Shown: positions 18,901 to 28,667 of the stretch, piece after piece
Position numbering within the stretch: position 1 is the first letter of the stretch
How the letters are laid out: each line of letters begins with the position of its first letter
From: Candidatus Pelagibacterales bacterium
GTDB lineage: Bacteria > Pseudomonadota > Alphaproteobacteria > TMED109
Length of the DNA stretch: 64,000 bases
Direction of reading: 5' to 3'
Assembly (NCBI GenBank): GCA_002715265.1
Contig: PAYS01000017.1
Location: 66,775 to 130,774 of the forward strand
Notes under the pieces: model-generated
The model's input: only the letters and a program-made list of their open reading frames with translations
Told to the model about the DNA's origin: nothing
Databases searched by the model: none
Program-made: the position numbers and the translations under genes

Positions 18901-20613
18901 CAAATTAAAATAGCGCAAGGAGCTAAACCTGGAGAAGGTGGTCAATTACCTGGACATAAAGTAGATCCTATTATAGCTAAAGTTAGACACTCAACACCAG
19001 GGGTAGGCCTTATATCTCCTCCCCCACATCATGATATTTATTCTATAGAAGATTTGGCGCAACTTATTTTCGATTTAAAAAATGTTAATTCGAAAGCTAG
19101 AATAAGTGTAAAATTAGTTTCAGAAATTGGAGTTGGAACAGTAGCAGCAGGTGTTGCCAAAGCAAGAGCTGACCATATAACTATTGCTGGTTTTGAAGGC
19201 GGAACAGGTGCTAGTCCGTTAACGTCTATTAAACATGCAGGGTCTCCTTGGGAAATAGGCTTAGCAGAAACTCAACAAACATTAGTTTTGAATGGTTTAA
19301 GAGGAAGAATATCATTACAAGTTGATGGAGGTTTAAGAACAGGAAGAGATGTTGTAATTGGAGCATTGTTAGGTGCAGATGAATTTGGTTTTGCTACTGC
19401 ACCTTTAATAGCTTCAGGATGTATAATGATGAGAAAGTGTCATTTAAATACTTGTCCTGTAGGAATAGCAACTCAAAACCCAGAATTAAGAAAAAAATTT
19501 ACTGGTTTGCCTGAGCATGTAATCAATTATTTTTTCTTCGTAGCAGAAGAAGTAAGAATTTTAATGGCAAAGTTGGGATATAAAAAATTTAATGATATGA
19601 TTGGGCAAGTAGAAAAATTAAATACTACCTTTGCCATCGAGAAATGGAAAAGTTTAGGTTTAGATTTTTCAAAACTTTTCTTTAAACCTAAAGTTGATAA
19701 AAATATAAAATTTTATAATTGTGAAGAGCAGAAACATCCTATAAATAATATTTTAGATAAAAAGTTACTACCTTTAGTTGAAAAAGTATTAAAAGAAGAT
19801 AGTAATGAAGAAATTTCTTTAACAATAAAAAATACAGACAGGACTTTTGGGGCTATGACTTCCGGTGCTATAGCATCAGTCAAAGGACATTCTGGTTTGA
19901 ATGAAGATCAAATTTTAGTTAAAATAGATGGAACAGCAGGCCAATCTTTTGGTGCTTTTTTATCTAAAGGTGTAACGTTTGATTTGTCTGGAGAAGCAAA
20001 TGACTATGTAGGCAAGGGATTGTCAGGAGGAAAGCTTATTGTTAAACCGCCTTCTAATTCAACAATAGTATCTGAAGAGTCCATGATAATTGGTAATACT
20101 GTTTTATATGGCGCAATTTCTGGCGAGTGTTATTTTAACGGTATAGCCGGTGAGCGTTTTTGTGTTAGAAATTCTGGAGCAATAGCAGTAATAGAAGGTG
20201 TGGGCGATCATGGCTGTGAATATATGACTGGAGGAATTGTTTTGTGTTTAGGAAGTATTGGAAGAAATTTTGCCGCTGGAATGAGCGGAGGTGTTGCTTA
20301 TATTTACGATCCAGACAATACAGTCGGATTATATTTGAATAGTGAAATGGTGGAAGTAGAAGAGTTGAGCTTTATAAATTCCTCTTATAAAACTATTGAT
20401 CAAATGAAAGATAATATGCTTGAGGGGGATAATTACAAAATTAAGTTTTTAATTGAAAGACATGTAAAATTTACTTCTAGTAAATTGGGTGATGAAATTT
20501 TAAAGAATTGGGAAGAGTCTATAAAACTGTTTAAAAAAATTATGCCAATAGATTATAAAAATGTCTTATTAGAAAAAAAAGATGATAAATCTACTAAATA
20601 TAAAATAGCTTAA
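16000..20613 (+). CDS. gltB: glutamate synthase large subunit
   Basis: 1537 aa. Ntn-amidotransferase Cys after a short propeptide (HDSCGIGF), central FMN/3Fe-4S domain and C-terminal GXGXG beta-helix domain. Confidence 0.97.
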   Translation: MDKKFVKKNFSDRPTSQGLYDANLEHDSCGIGFVANIRGNKDHSIIQDGLKILENLTHRGAVGADPTMGDGAGLLLQIPDLFLRQECKSLGINLPEEGKYAVAQIFMAAEPDKQKYCEKILEDLISTSDEKFLGWRNVPVSEKAVSSSVNSSAPIIKQAFVAASEKNFNQDAFERRIYVLRKQFSNKLRDDEASGKQNILYVCSFSSRTLNYKGMLLSDTVGNYFPDLQDKRVVSALALVHQRFSTNTFPSWDLAQPFRMICHNGEINTLRGNVNWMNARKHIMTSKMLNDDLKKIWPVIAEGQSDSACFDNALELLVMGGYSLAHAMMLLIPESWKDNKLMDKNRRAFYEYNSSIMEPWDGPAAVAFTDGKQIGATLDRNGLRPARYFVTKDDKIILSSEMGVLPYPEDQIKEKWRLQPGRMLLIDLQKGSIITDEEVKKSLIEKHPYVSIVDQNRVKLDDLRKVEHEELNLSKKDKLDVQQAFGYTQEDIKFLIEPMINSAQEATGSMGTDTPLAVLSSKHKLLYNFFKQLFAQVTNPAIDPIREKMVMSLMSILGPRKNLLSVEPVNSKCLMLDQPILSNNEINLIKNIEKSDIGYKPFILDATSAKQEGLSGMKKTIERLKSNSEKAIIDGCNIIIISDRNISKDRYAIPMLLALSSVHQHLVRTGLRTKIGIAIETGEAREIHHYCVLAGYGADAINPYLAFETIKDLINAPSVSVSYEEACKNYVQAIGKGILKVMSKMGISTYQSYNGAQIFDAVGLSNDFVNEYFPGTPSKIEGLSIEDILTSTIECHARAYGQEPILENMLDVGGDYAYRLRGEDHVWTPTSVRDLQHAVRGKSQEKYDEYAKAINEQAIQKMTPRGMFELNFAKEPLNIDEIESAENIVKRFATGAMSFGSISREAHTTLAIAMNAIGGKSNTGEGGEEVDRFKTQPDGTSMRSAIKQVASGRFGVTTEYLVNADDIQIKIAQGAKPGEGGQLPGHKVDPIIAKVRHSTPGVGLISPPPHHDIYSIEDLAQLIFDLKNVNSKARISVKLVSEIGVGTVAAGVAKARADHITIAGFEGGTGASPLTSIKHAGSPWEIGLAETQQTLVLNGLRGRISLQVDGGLRTGRDVVIGALLGADEFGFATAPLIASGCIMMRKCHLNTCPVGIATQNPELRKKFTGLPEHVINYFFFVAEEVRILMAKLGYKKFNDMIGQVEKLNTTFAIEKWKSLGLDFSKLFFKPKVDKNIKFYNCEEQKHPINNILDKKLLPLVEKVLKEDSNEEISLTIKNTDRTFGAMTSGAIASVKGHSGLNEDQILVKIDGTAGQSFGAFLSKGVTFDLSGEANDYVGKGLSGGKLIVKPPSNSTIVSEESMIIGNTVLYGAISGECYFNGIAGERFCVRNSGAIAVIEGVGDHGCEYMTGGIVLCLGSIGRNFAAGMSGGVAYIYDPDNTVGLYLNSEMVEVEELSFINSSYKTIDQMKDNMLEGDNYKIKFLIERHVKFTSSKLGDEILKNWEESIKLFKKIMPIDYKNVLLEKKDDKSTKYKIA

Positions 20614-20625
20614 AATAGGGTAAAT

Positions 20626-22044
20626 ATGGGAAAAATAACAGGGTTTTTAGAAATTGAAAGAAAAGATAAATCTTATAAACCAGTAAAAGAAAGAATTAAG
20701 AATTTTCAGGAATTTACTGTAAAATTAGATAAAACAGATTTATCTAAGCAGGGTGCTAGGTGTATGGATTGTGGAATACCATATTGTCATACTGGTTGTC
20801 CTGTAAATAATATTATACCAGATTGGAATGATTTAGTTTATAACAATCAATGGGAAGAGGCTATTAAAGTTTTGCATTCTACTAATAACTTTCCTGAATT
20901 TACAGGTAGAATATGTCCTGCACCTTGTGAAGAATCTTGTACATTAAATATAGATGATAAACCAGTAACTATTAAATCTATAGAATGTGCAATAGTCGAT
21001 AATGCGTGGGAAAAGGGATTGATAGCACCCCAATTACCTAAAAATAAAACTAATAAAAGCGTAGCTATTGTTGGATCAGGGCCCGCAGGAATGGCAGCTG
21101 CTCAGCAGCTTCTTAGAGCGGGGCATGATGTAGTTTTGTTTGAAAAACATCAAAAAATTGGAGGGTTATTGAGATATGGTATACCTGATTTTAAGATGGA
21201 AAAACAATTAATTGATAGAAGACAAGAACAGATGGAAGCAGAAGGTTTGATTGTAAAAAATAATACAGAAGTTGGAAAAGATATTGAATTTAAAGATTTA
21301 GCAAATGATTATGATGCAGTTTTATTAACTGGAGGAGCAGAGATACCTCGAAATTTAGATATTCCAGGACGCAATTTGCAGGGTATTGAGTTTGCTATGG
21401 ATTTTTTACCTAAACAAAATAAAATTGTTTCAGGTGAGATGAAAATGCCTACTAATTTTATTAGTGCAAAGGATAAAAATGTAGTTGTAATTGGAGGGGG
21501 CGATACAGGTTCTGATTGTATTGGAACTTCTATAAGGCAAGGTGCATCTAAAGTTACACAGTTAGAAATTATGCCCATTCCTCCAGAAAAAGAAAATAAA
21601 AGTCTTACATGGCCAAACTGGCCTTTAAAGATGCGTGTTTCAAGCTCACAAGAAGAAGGGGCACATAGAGATTTTTCAGTATTGACGTCAAAATTCATTG
21701 GAAAAGATGGAAAAATAAATGGGTTGGTATGTAATAAAGTTGATGCAGATTTAAAAATTATTCCAAACACGGAGTTTAATATTGAGGCTGATTTAGTGCT
21801 TCTAGCTATGGGCTTTTTGGGACCAATCACTAAAAATATTAACTTTAAATCAAATCTGGATTTAGATTCTCGAGGTAATATATTGGCAAATCAAGATGAT
21901 TACATGACTTCTATAGATGGAGTCTTCTCGGCGGGTGATATGAGGAGAGGTCAATCACTCGTAGTGTGGGCAATAAGAGAAGGTCGACAGGCAGCACATT
22001 CAATTGACAAATTTCTTATGGGAAAAACTGATCTTCCCAGGTAA
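20626..22044 (+). CDS. gltD: glutamate synthase small subunit (NADPH)
   Basis: 472 aa. Cys clusters CMDCGIPYCHTGCP and CPAPCEESC, and dinucleotide fold VAIVGSGPAGMAAA. Confidence 0.95.
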   Translation: MGKITGFLEIERKDKSYKPVKERIKNFQEFTVKLDKTDLSKQGARCMDCGIPYCHTGCPVNNIIPDWNDLVYNNQWEEAIKVLHSTNNFPEFTGRICPAPCEESCTLNIDDKPVTIKSIECAIVDNAWEKGLIAPQLPKNKTNKSVAIVGSGPAGMAAAQQLLRAGHDVVLFEKHQKIGGLLRYGIPDFKMEKQLIDRRQEQMEAEGLIVKNNTEVGKDIEFKDLANDYDAVLLTGGAEIPRNLDIPGRNLQGIEFAMDFLPKQNKIVSGEMKMPTNFISAKDKNVVVIGGGDTGSDCIGTSIRQGASKVTQLEIMPIPPEKENKSLTWPNWPLKMRVSSSQEEGAHRDFSVLTSKFIGKDGKINGLVCNKVDADLKIIPNTEFNIEADLVLLAMGFLGPITKNINFKSNLDLDSRGNILANQDDYMTSIDGVFSAGDMRRGQSLVVWAIREGRQAAHSIDKFLMGKTDLPR

Positions 22045-22051
22045 TTAATAC

Positions 22052-22092
22052 TTGACCAATTTAGTCTTGAATACTATATATACGTGTATATA
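22052..22092 (+). promoter_or_regulatory. putative sigma70-type promoter of the Rrf2-suf operon with overlapping inverted repeat (candidate Rrf2 operator)
   Basis: TTGACC (22052-22057), exactly 17 nt, then TATATA (22075-22080). Inverted repeat TATATAC-GT-GTATATA at 22077-22092 overlaps the -10 and predicted +1, 19 nt before the regulator ATG. The sequence is AT-rich low complexity, so chance occurrence is not negligible. Confidence 0.4.
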
Positions 22093-22110
22093 GCGTTATA
22101 TGAGGTAAAT

Positions 22111-22578
22111 ATGATAAAAGTATCTAGAATGGCAGATTATGCGGTCCTCTTAGTTTGTAGGATGAGTATAAAAAAGGATAAAGTTTTTAGCGCACAAGAT
22201 CTATCCTTGCAAACTTCTTTACCTATAACTACAGTTAGTAAAATTTTAACAAAATTAACTAAATCAAAAATTATTTCTTCAGTTAGGGGGGTTGCCGGAG
22301 GATACAAACTCTTAACTGATGCGAAAGATATTTCTGTAGGTAATATAATAGATGTTATAGATGGTAAAGTAGCACTCACAGTTTGTATTGAAGAATCTAA
22401 TCATACTTGTGGGTTAGCCGCTATGTGTCCATCTCATAGTAATTGGCAGATAATTAATAATGCAGTAAGTAATGCTTTAAATTCCGTATCTATAGAAGAA
22501 ATGTCCAAGCCTATTCAGAATTTTAGGAATAGTAAAATTGGTACAATAAATAGTAAATTTAATCATTTGGAAAATTAA
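22111..22578 (+). CDS. Rrf2-family transcriptional regulator (IscR/SufR-like) heading the suf operon
   Basis: [16 protein letters not shown]-terminus and wHTH region. Cys triad in [16 protein letters not shown], suitable for an Fe-S cluster. Start set at ATG 22111 (GAGG-like RBS at 22102-22105). Its stop overlaps the sufB ATG (TAATG). Confidence 0.85.
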   Translation: MIKVSRMADYAVLLVCRMSIKKDKVFSAQDLSLQTSLPITTVSKILTKLTKSKIISSVRGVAGGYKLLTDAKDISVGNIIDVIDGKVALTVCIEESNHTCGLAAMCPSHSNWQIINNAVSNALNSVSIEEMSKPIQNFRNSKIGTINSKFNHLEN

Positions 22579-24056
22579 TGGCAGTTGATAATAAGACAAT
22601 TGAAACAGTAGAAAAAGCCACAAAAGATTATAAGTATGGTTTTGTAACAGAGGTTGAGACGGAATTTGCTCCTAAAGGTTTAAATGAAGATATAGTTAAA
22701 TTTATATCTAATAAAAATGATGAGCCAGAATGGTTATTGGAATGGAGACTAGATTCATATAAAAAATGGCTAAATATGAAAAGTGATAATCCTAAATGGG
22801 CAAATATTCATTTTCCAGAGATTGATTTCCAAGATGCATATTACTATGCAGCACCAAAAACAGATGCAGATAAACCTAAAAGTTTAGATGAGATAGACCC
22901 AGAAATATTAGCTACTTATAATAAATTAGGTATACCACTCAAGGAACAAGAAATGCTTGCTGGTATAGCAGGATCAGAAAACATAGCTGTAGATGCGGTA
23001 TTTGATTCAGTATCTGTTGCAACTACGTTTAAATCTAAATTAGCGGAATTAGGAATAGTTTTTTGTCCTATTTCTGAAGCTATAAAAACTCATCCAGATT
23101 TAATAAAAAAGTATATGGGATCAGTTGTTCCTCAGACCGATAATTTTTATGCAGCGCTTAATTCCGCCGTTTATTCTGATGGCTCATTTGTCTATATTCC
23201 TCCAGGTGTGAGATGTCCTATGGATTTAAGTACATATTTTAGAATTAATGCAGCTGATACAGGACAATTTGAAAGAACATTAATAATAGCAGACGAAGGT
23301 TCATATGTTTCTTATTTAGAAGGTTGTACTGCTCCTATGCGGGATGATAACCAACTTCATGCAGCAGTTGTTGAATTAATAGCTTTAGATAATGCAGAAA
23401 TTAAGTATTCAACAGTGCAAAATTGGTACCCAGGAGATGAAAATGGTAAAGGTGGTATATATAATTTTGTTACTAAAAGAGGAGCTTGTCGAGGAGTTAA
23501 TTCAAGAATTTCATGGACACAGGTAGAGACTGGTTCTTCTATTACATGGAAGTATCCATCAGTTTTATTACAAGGAGATGGGTCGTCAGGTGAGTTTTAT
23601 TCGGTTGCTATATCTAATAGAAAACAACAAGCCGATACTGGGACAAAAATGATTCATATTGGAAAAAATACCAAATCTACGATTATTTCAAAAGGCATAT
23701 CTGCAGGTCGTGGACAACAAACTTATAGAGGGTTAGTGAGAATGCAGGCAGGAGCAAAAAATGCTACTAATTTTTCTCAATGTGACTCTTTACTAATAGG
23801 AAACCAATGTGGAGGTCATACCGTTCCTTATATTGATTCTAGAAATGATACCGCGCAAATAGCTCATGAAGCAACAACTTCCAAAATAAGTGATGAACAA
23901 TTATTTTATTGTCAGCAAAGAGGGCTAGATCCGGAGGAAGCAGTATCACTTATTGTTAATGGTTTTTGTAAAGAGGTATTAAAAAAGCTTCCTATGGAAT
24001 TTGCAGTGGAAGCGCAAAAGCTCTTAGGCGTAAGTCTAGAGGGTTCGGTAGGATAA
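22578..24056 (+). CDS. sufB: Fe-S cluster assembly scaffold SufB
   Basis: 492 aa, highly conserved SufB sequence (e.g. [26 protein letters not shown]). Confidence 0.97.
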   Translation: MAVDNKTIETVEKATKDYKYGFVTEVETEFAPKGLNEDIVKFISNKNDEPEWLLEWRLDSYKKWLNMKSDNPKWANIHFPEIDFQDAYYYAAPKTDADKPKSLDEIDPEILATYNKLGIPLKEQEMLAGIAGSENIAVDAVFDSVSVATTFKSKLAELGIVFCPISEAIKTHPDLIKKYMGSVVPQTDNFYAALNSAVYSDGSFVYIPPGVRCPMDLSTYFRINAADTGQFERTLIIADEGSYVSYLEGCTAPMRDDNQLHAAVVELIALDNAEIKYSTVQNWYPGDENGKGGIYNFVTKRGACRGVNSRISWTQVETGSSITWKYPSVLLQGDGSSGEFYSVAISNRKQQADTGTKMIHIGKNTKSTIISKGISAGRGQQTYRGLVRMQAGAKNATNFSQCDSLLIGNQCGGHTVPYIDSRNDTAQIAHEATTSKISDEQLFYCQQRGLDPEEAVSLIVNGFCKEVLKKLPMEFAVEAQKLLGVSLEGSVG

Positions 24057-24078
24057 CATTAAATAAGAGGTATGTACT

Positions 24079-24834
24079 TTGGCTATTTCATTAGAAATTA
24101 ATGACCTTGTTGTAGAGGTTGCAGAAAAAACTATTTTAAATGGTCTCTCTCTCAAAATTGATAGTGGAGAAATGGCCGCAATTATGGGACCAAACGGTGC
24201 TGGAAAATCAACATTAGCCTCTGTTTTAGCGGGTAAGGATGGTTATACTGTTAAAGAGGGTTCTATAAAATACTTAGGCAAAGAATTATTAAAAATGTCT
24301 ATTGATGAGCGGGCGGCATCAGGGGTATTTTTAGCTTTTCAGTATCCTGTTGAAATACCAGGTGTTGCCACTTCAACCTTTATTAGAACTGCTTTAAATG
24401 CACAAAAAAGAATGAGAGGCGAAAAAGAATTAGATGCTGTTGAATTTCTTAAATTAGCAAGAGAAAAAGCAAAAGAATTGGAAATGAGTGAAGATTTTTT
24501 CACTAGATCTGTAAATGTTGGTTTTTCAGGAGGTGAGAAGAAACGAGCAGAGGTTTTTCAAATGTCTATTTTATCTCCTACTCTAGCAATTTTAGATGAA
24601 ACTGACTCAGGCTTAGATATTGATGCTCTTAAAGTTGTAGCAAAGGGTGTAAATAATTTGAGAAATAAAAATCTTAGTGGTTTGGTTATAACACATTATC
24701 AAAGATTACTTGATTATCTTCAACCAGATACAGTTCATATTCTAGCAAATGGCAAGATAGTTAAAACAGGTGATAAATCTCTAGCTTTATTATTAGAGCA
24801 AAAGGGTTATCAAGGTATTATTGAGGCTAATTAG
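24079..24834 (+). CDS. sufC: Fe-S cluster assembly ATPase SufC
   Basis: Walker A GPNGAGKST, ABC signature FSGGEKKR, Walker B ILDETDSGLD. TTG start with AAGAGG RBS 8 nt upstream; the next in-frame ATG lies only a few codons before the Walker A motif and would delete the conserved N-terminal strand. Confidence 0.96.
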   Translation: MAISLEINDLVVEVAEKTILNGLSLKIDSGEMAAIMGPNGAGKSTLASVLAGKDGYTVKEGSIKYLGKELLKMSIDERAASGVFLAFQYPVEIPGVATSTFIRTALNAQKRMRGEKELDAVEFLKLAREKAKELEMSEDFFTRSVNVGFSGGEKKRAEVFQMSILSPTLAILDETDSGLDIDALKVVAKGVNNLRNKNLSGLVITHYQRLLDYLQPDTVHILANGKIVKTGDKSLALLLEQKGYQGIIEAN

Positions 24835-24838
24835 TAAA

Positions 24839-26173
24839 ATGAATAGTCAAGTTCTAAAAGAAAAATATGTAGAATTATATGAAGAGCATAAGAATACTTT
24901 GCCTGGAAAGAATATACCTTGGTTAGAAAATTTGAGAGAAGAAGCTATTGACCAGTTTAAACAATCAGGGTTGCCTGACACTAGTGTAGAAGAGTGGAAT
25001 GTATATCCTTATAAAAATTTAACTAATAATTATTTTTCTATAACAGGTAAGGAGAATATCGATTTATCTGAATTGAAAATTAAGGATGAAGACTGTATTG
25101 CCAGACTTATATTGCATAATGGAAGTGTTGTTAAAATAGAAGCAGATAAGTTGCCTGAAAGAGTATTAATAAATTCTTTAAGTTATTTTATAGAAAATCA
25201 TCCAGAAATAATTGAGGGAAATATCAATCCTGTCAATAAACATTTTGAAACAAGACTATCAAATATTATAGATCCGAAATCACAGGGAATAGTTTCCTTA
25301 AATACAGCTTTTCACAAAGATGGGGCCGTTATTTACATAGAAAAAAATATAAAAGTTTCTGGATATATAGAAATAATAAATTTATCTAATAATAAGACAA
25401 ATTTAATGAATCACATAAGGTCATTAATAATCCTAGAAGCAGGAGCAAAATGTAAAGTTATTGAAAAAAATATAGGTTTATATTCAGAAGATAACCTATT
25501 ATTTTCATCTAGTGTAACGGATATAAATTTATCTAAAGATTCTTCTCTTTCATTTATGAGACTTATAGCAGGAAATTTAAATAATACTAATGTTAATTGT
25601 ACTCATGCAGATATAGAAGAAAACGCGATTTTTAACTCTACTTCGTTTGTTTGTTCAAAAGGTGATGCTCGTGATGAAATAAGGGTAAATTTAAATGGAA
25701 CTAATTCATTGGTGAATCTTAACGGATTATTATTAGGTTTAGAAAAATCTAAGAATGAATTGTTAACTAAAGTTAGGCATATAGCTAAAAGTACTAACAG
25801 CAATCAAAATGTTAGAGCAATTTTAAATGATAAAGCTAGAGCTTCCTTCCAAGGTAAAATAAGAGTAGAAAAAAAAGCTGATGATACAGTTGCAAATATG
25901 TCTGGAAAATCTTTACTACTTAATCAGTCTGCACGAGTTAATTCTAAACCTGAGTTAGAAATTCTCGCTGATGATGTTAGTTGTTCCCATGGTGTGACTG
26001 TAGGGAGTTTAGATCCAGAACAATTATTTTATTTATCTTCTCGAGGAATTTCTAATAATGAGGCAAAAAAAATGTTGATAGCAGCGTTTAGTGAAATAGT
26101 GTTTGAAAATTTAGATGTTTCATTTAAAAAAAATGCACAGAAATTTATGGCGGATTATTATGGAACATATTAA
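24839..26173 (+). CDS. sufD: Fe-S cluster assembly protein SufD
   Basis: About 445 aa, beta-helix type SufB/D family, C-terminal SCSHGVTVGSLDPEQLFYLSSRGI. Sits between sufC and sufS. ATG 24839 preferred. Confidence 0.9.
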   Translation: MNSQVLKEKYVELYEEHKNTLPGKNIPWLENLREEAIDQFKQSGLPDTSVEEWNVYPYKNLTNNYFSITGKENIDLSELKIKDEDCIARLILHNGSVVKIEADKLPERVLINSLSYFIENHPEIIEGNINPVNKHFETRLSNIIDPKSQGIVSLNTAFHKDGAVIYIEKNIKVSGYIEIINLSNNKTNLMNHIRSLIILEAGAKCKVIEKNIGLYSEDNLLFSSSVTDINLSKDSSLSFMRLIAGNLNNTNVNCTHADIEENAIFNSTSFVCSKGDARDEIRVNLNGTNSLVNLNGLLLGLEKSKNELLTKVRHIAKSTNSNQNVRAILNDKARASFQGKIRVEKKADDTVANMSGKSLLLNQSARVNSKPELEILADDVSCSHGVTVGSLDPEQLFYLSSRGISNNEAKKMLIAAFSEIVFENLDVSFKKNAQKFMADYYGTY

Positions 26174-27395
26174 ATTGAATCCAAAAACAATTTTTAAAAA
26201 TATTATTGCAGATTTCCCTATTTTAAAGAACAATAATTTAACCTATTTAGATAGTGCAGCTAGTGCCCAAAAACCTTATCAAGTTATTAATTGTATAAAG
26301 GACATCTATTCAAACTCGTATGCTAATGTTCATAGAGGCGTATATTCTTTAAGTCAAGTTGCTACGGATCAATATGAAGACTCTCGAGAAGTAGTTAAAA
26401 GTTTTATAAATGCTAAAAAATTAAGTGAAATTATATTCGTTAGGGGCGCAACTGAAGCAATTAACTTAGTTGCTGAAATTATTGGTGTCGCATCTTTAAA
26501 TGAAGGTGACGAAATTATACTTTCTAGGTTAGAACATCACTCCAATATAGTTCCATGGCAAATAGTTTGTAAAAAAACAGGAGCTATAATAAAAGTCGCT
26601 GAGGCAGACGATAATGGAAATATTTCTTTAGAAACTATAAAAGAATTAATAAATAAAAATACCAAAATTATATCTATTACGCATATTTCAAATGCTATAG
26701 GTACAGTTGTCCCTGTTAAGGAAATCTGTAAGGAGGCAAAAAAACAAGGTATTATAACGTTAATAGATGGATGTCAGGCAGTGCCGCAGATGCCAGTTGA
26801 TGTGCAAGATATAGGATGTGACTTTTACGTTTTTTCTGGCCACAAAACTTATGGTCCTTCTGGAGTTGGTGTGCTTTATGGAAGAGAAGAGTTATTATCT
26901 GAGGCCCCTCCTTATCAAAGTGGAGGTGATATGATAGATAAAGTATCATTTGCTAAAACTACATATGCTGATTTACCAAGCAAATATGAAGCAGGGACAC
27001 CGAATATTGTCGGAGTTATAGGTTTAGGTGAGGCTTTAAAATGGATGAACTCTATTGGTATGGATCAAATATATGATCATTCACAAAATCTACTTGATGA
27101 AGGTATAAAAGTTTTAAGTGGCTTGGAGGGTTTAAAAATAATTGGTAATCCTTATAATAGAGGGGGAGTTATTTCTTTTATTTATAAAGACTTTCATGCA
27201 CATGATGTTGGAACTTTGTTAAATACATATAATATTGCAATTAGAACAGGACATCACTGTGCTCAACCTACTATGGAAAGGTATAAACTTTCTACGACGG
27301 CTAGAGCATCTATTGGCATATACAATAGTATAAAAGATTTTGAGGTTCTTGCAGACGGATTATTGAAGGTGAATAAAATATTTAATAAAGTATAG
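26160..27395 (+). CDS. sufS: cysteine desulfurase SufS (class V aminotransferase, group II)
   Basis: PLP-lysine motif FSGHKTYGPSGVG and active-site loop RTGHHCAQP. Start ATG 26160 overlaps the sufD stop. Confidence 0.93.
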   Translation: MEHIKLNPKTIFKNIIADFPILKNNNLTYLDSAASAQKPYQVINCIKDIYSNSYANVHRGVYSLSQVATDQYEDSREVVKSFINAKKLSEIIFVRGATEAINLVAEIIGVASLNEGDEIILSRLEHHSNIVPWQIVCKKTGAIIKVAEADDNGNISLETIKELINKNTKIISITHISNAIGTVVPVKEICKEAKKQGIITLIDGCQAVPQMPVDVQDIGCDFYVFSGHKTYGPSGVGVLYGREELLSEAPPYQSGGDMIDKVSFAKTTYADLPSKYEAGTPNIVGVIGLGEALKWMNSIGMDQIYDHSQNLLDEGIKVLSGLEGLKIIGNPYNRGGVISFIYKDFHAHDVGTLLNTYNIAIRTGHHCAQPTMERYKLSTTARASIGIYNSIKDFEVLADGLLKVNKIFNKV

Positions 27396-27432
27396 TAATT
27401 AATAAAAGATTTGCATATATTACTTTTTGGGA

Positions 27433-27783
27433 ATGTTTATAAGAATGACGGAATTAGAAAATAAAGAACCAGAACTGAATAATAACTTAAAAGAGTTAAT
27501 TATAGAGGCTCTTGGTACTGTATATGACCCAGAAATACCTGTAAGTATTTGGGAATTAGGCTTGGTATATAATATAGATATTGATGATAAAAATAATGTA
27601 GTAATTGTTATGACTTTAACTACTCCTAATTGTCCTGAAGCTGAAACTATTCCTGATAGGGTTGCAGAAGCAGTATCAAAATGTAAAAATGTTGGGGATG
27701 TTAGAGTTGAGATTGTATGGGAACCTGTATGGACTCAAGATAACATGAGTGAGGCAGCAAAACTTGAGTTAGGATTTTTTTGA
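27433..27783 (+). CDS. sufT: SUF system Fe-S assembly protein SufT (DUF59 / PaaD-like)
   Basis: DUF59 hallmark TVYDPEIPVSIWELGLVY and TTPNCP. Start ambiguous (TTG 27427, ATG 27433, ATG 27445). Confidence 0.8.
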   Translation: MFIRMTELENKEPELNNNLKELIIEALGTVYDPEIPVSIWELGLVYNIDIDDKNNVVIVMTLTTPNCPEAETIPDRVAEAVSKCKNVGDVRVEIVWEPVWTQDNMSEAAKLELGFF

Positions 27784-27795
27784 TAAGGAGTGTAT

Positions 27796-28140
27796 ATGAT
27801 TAACAAAAGACCAGAAATTATTTCTTTAACAAATAAAGCTCTAGAAAGAATTAAATTTATTATGTCTAAGGCACCTGAGAATACATTAGGAGTTAGGTTT
27901 GGAGTAAAAACCGGGGGTTGTTCAGGTATGACTTATGACGTAAGTTACACTTCAGAAGAAAAGGACAATGATGAAAAAATCGTAAGAGGTGATATAAATA
28001 TTTATATAGATGCTTCGGCAACTTTGTTTCTAATTGGCAGCGAAGTGGATTGGACTCAGGATAAATTACAGTCTAGTTTTACCTTTAAAAACCCTAATGA
28101 AACAGCCCGGTGTGGTTGTGGTGAGTCTTTTACTATATAG
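27796..28140 (+). CDS. sufA: A-type Fe-S cluster carrier (HesB/IscA/SufA family)
   Basis: GGCSGM... and C-terminal CGCGESF motif. AAGGAG RBS 5 nt before ATG 27796. Last gene of the suf operon. Confidence 0.88.
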   Translation: MINKRPEIISLTNKALERIKFIMSKAPENTLGVRFGVKTGGCSGMTYDVSYTSEEKDNDEKIVRGDINIYIDASATLFLIGSEVDWTQDKLQSSFTFKNPNETARCGCGESFTI

Positions 28141-28142
28141 GA

Positions 28143-28667
28143 TTAAATTTTTTTAGAAATTTTTATCGCTGCTCTTGTTATATTTCTAATTCCAAAGCTT
28201 AGTAACTTGTAACCTCTTGCATTTTTAGCATTGTTTTCGATAGCTATATTTTTATGTTCTATTTCTTCATTTCTAAACTTTTTTACTAATTTAAGTAATT
28301 CCATATCTTTAACATTTTTTTTTAATTTTTTTTCCTGATCTTCATAGTGTTTGTCAATTACTTCTTCTACAGCTAAGGTGCAGGCCATTGCTGCATCTCT
28401 TCCAATCAATGCTGATGATGCACCTAAGAAAAACCCTCCTACCGCCCAGATAGGAGACATGGCAGTTGGTCTAACTCTATTTTTTATCATTAATTTATTA
28501 AATTCTTCTAAATGTATTTTTTCCTGTTTTGCCATACCTTTTATAGTTTTATCTTTTGGTAGCACAGCTAACTGCCCTTCATATATTTTTTGGGCCCCAA
28601 ACTCTCCTGCTTGGTTAACTCTTATCATTTCATTAATTATTTCTTTATGTTTTTCTTTTTTATCCAT
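28143..28667 (-). CDS. coq7: demethoxyubiquinone hydroxylase Coq7 (di-iron carboxylate)
   Basis: 174 aa. RVNQAGEFGA...Y.GQ, repeated E..H ligand motifs (QEKIHL, EEIEHK), typical Coq7 length. Confidence 0.85.
   Translation of the reverse strand: MDKKEKHKEIINEMIRVNQAGEFGAQKIYEGQLAVLPKDKTIKGMAKQEKIHLEEFNKLMIKNRVRPTAMSPIWAVGGFFLGASSALIGRDAAMACTLAVEEVIDKHYEDQEKKLKKNVKDMELLKLVKKFRNEEIEHKNIAIENNAKNARGYKLLSFGIRNITRAAIKISKKI

Noticed and set aside
21309-21830. 173-aa ORF antisense to gltD, the longest unexplained ORF in the track.
   Set aside because: It lies entirely opposite the best-conserved FAD/NAD region of gltD. The translated sequence has no motifs and no plausible RBS or promoter space. I interpret it as a shadow frame.
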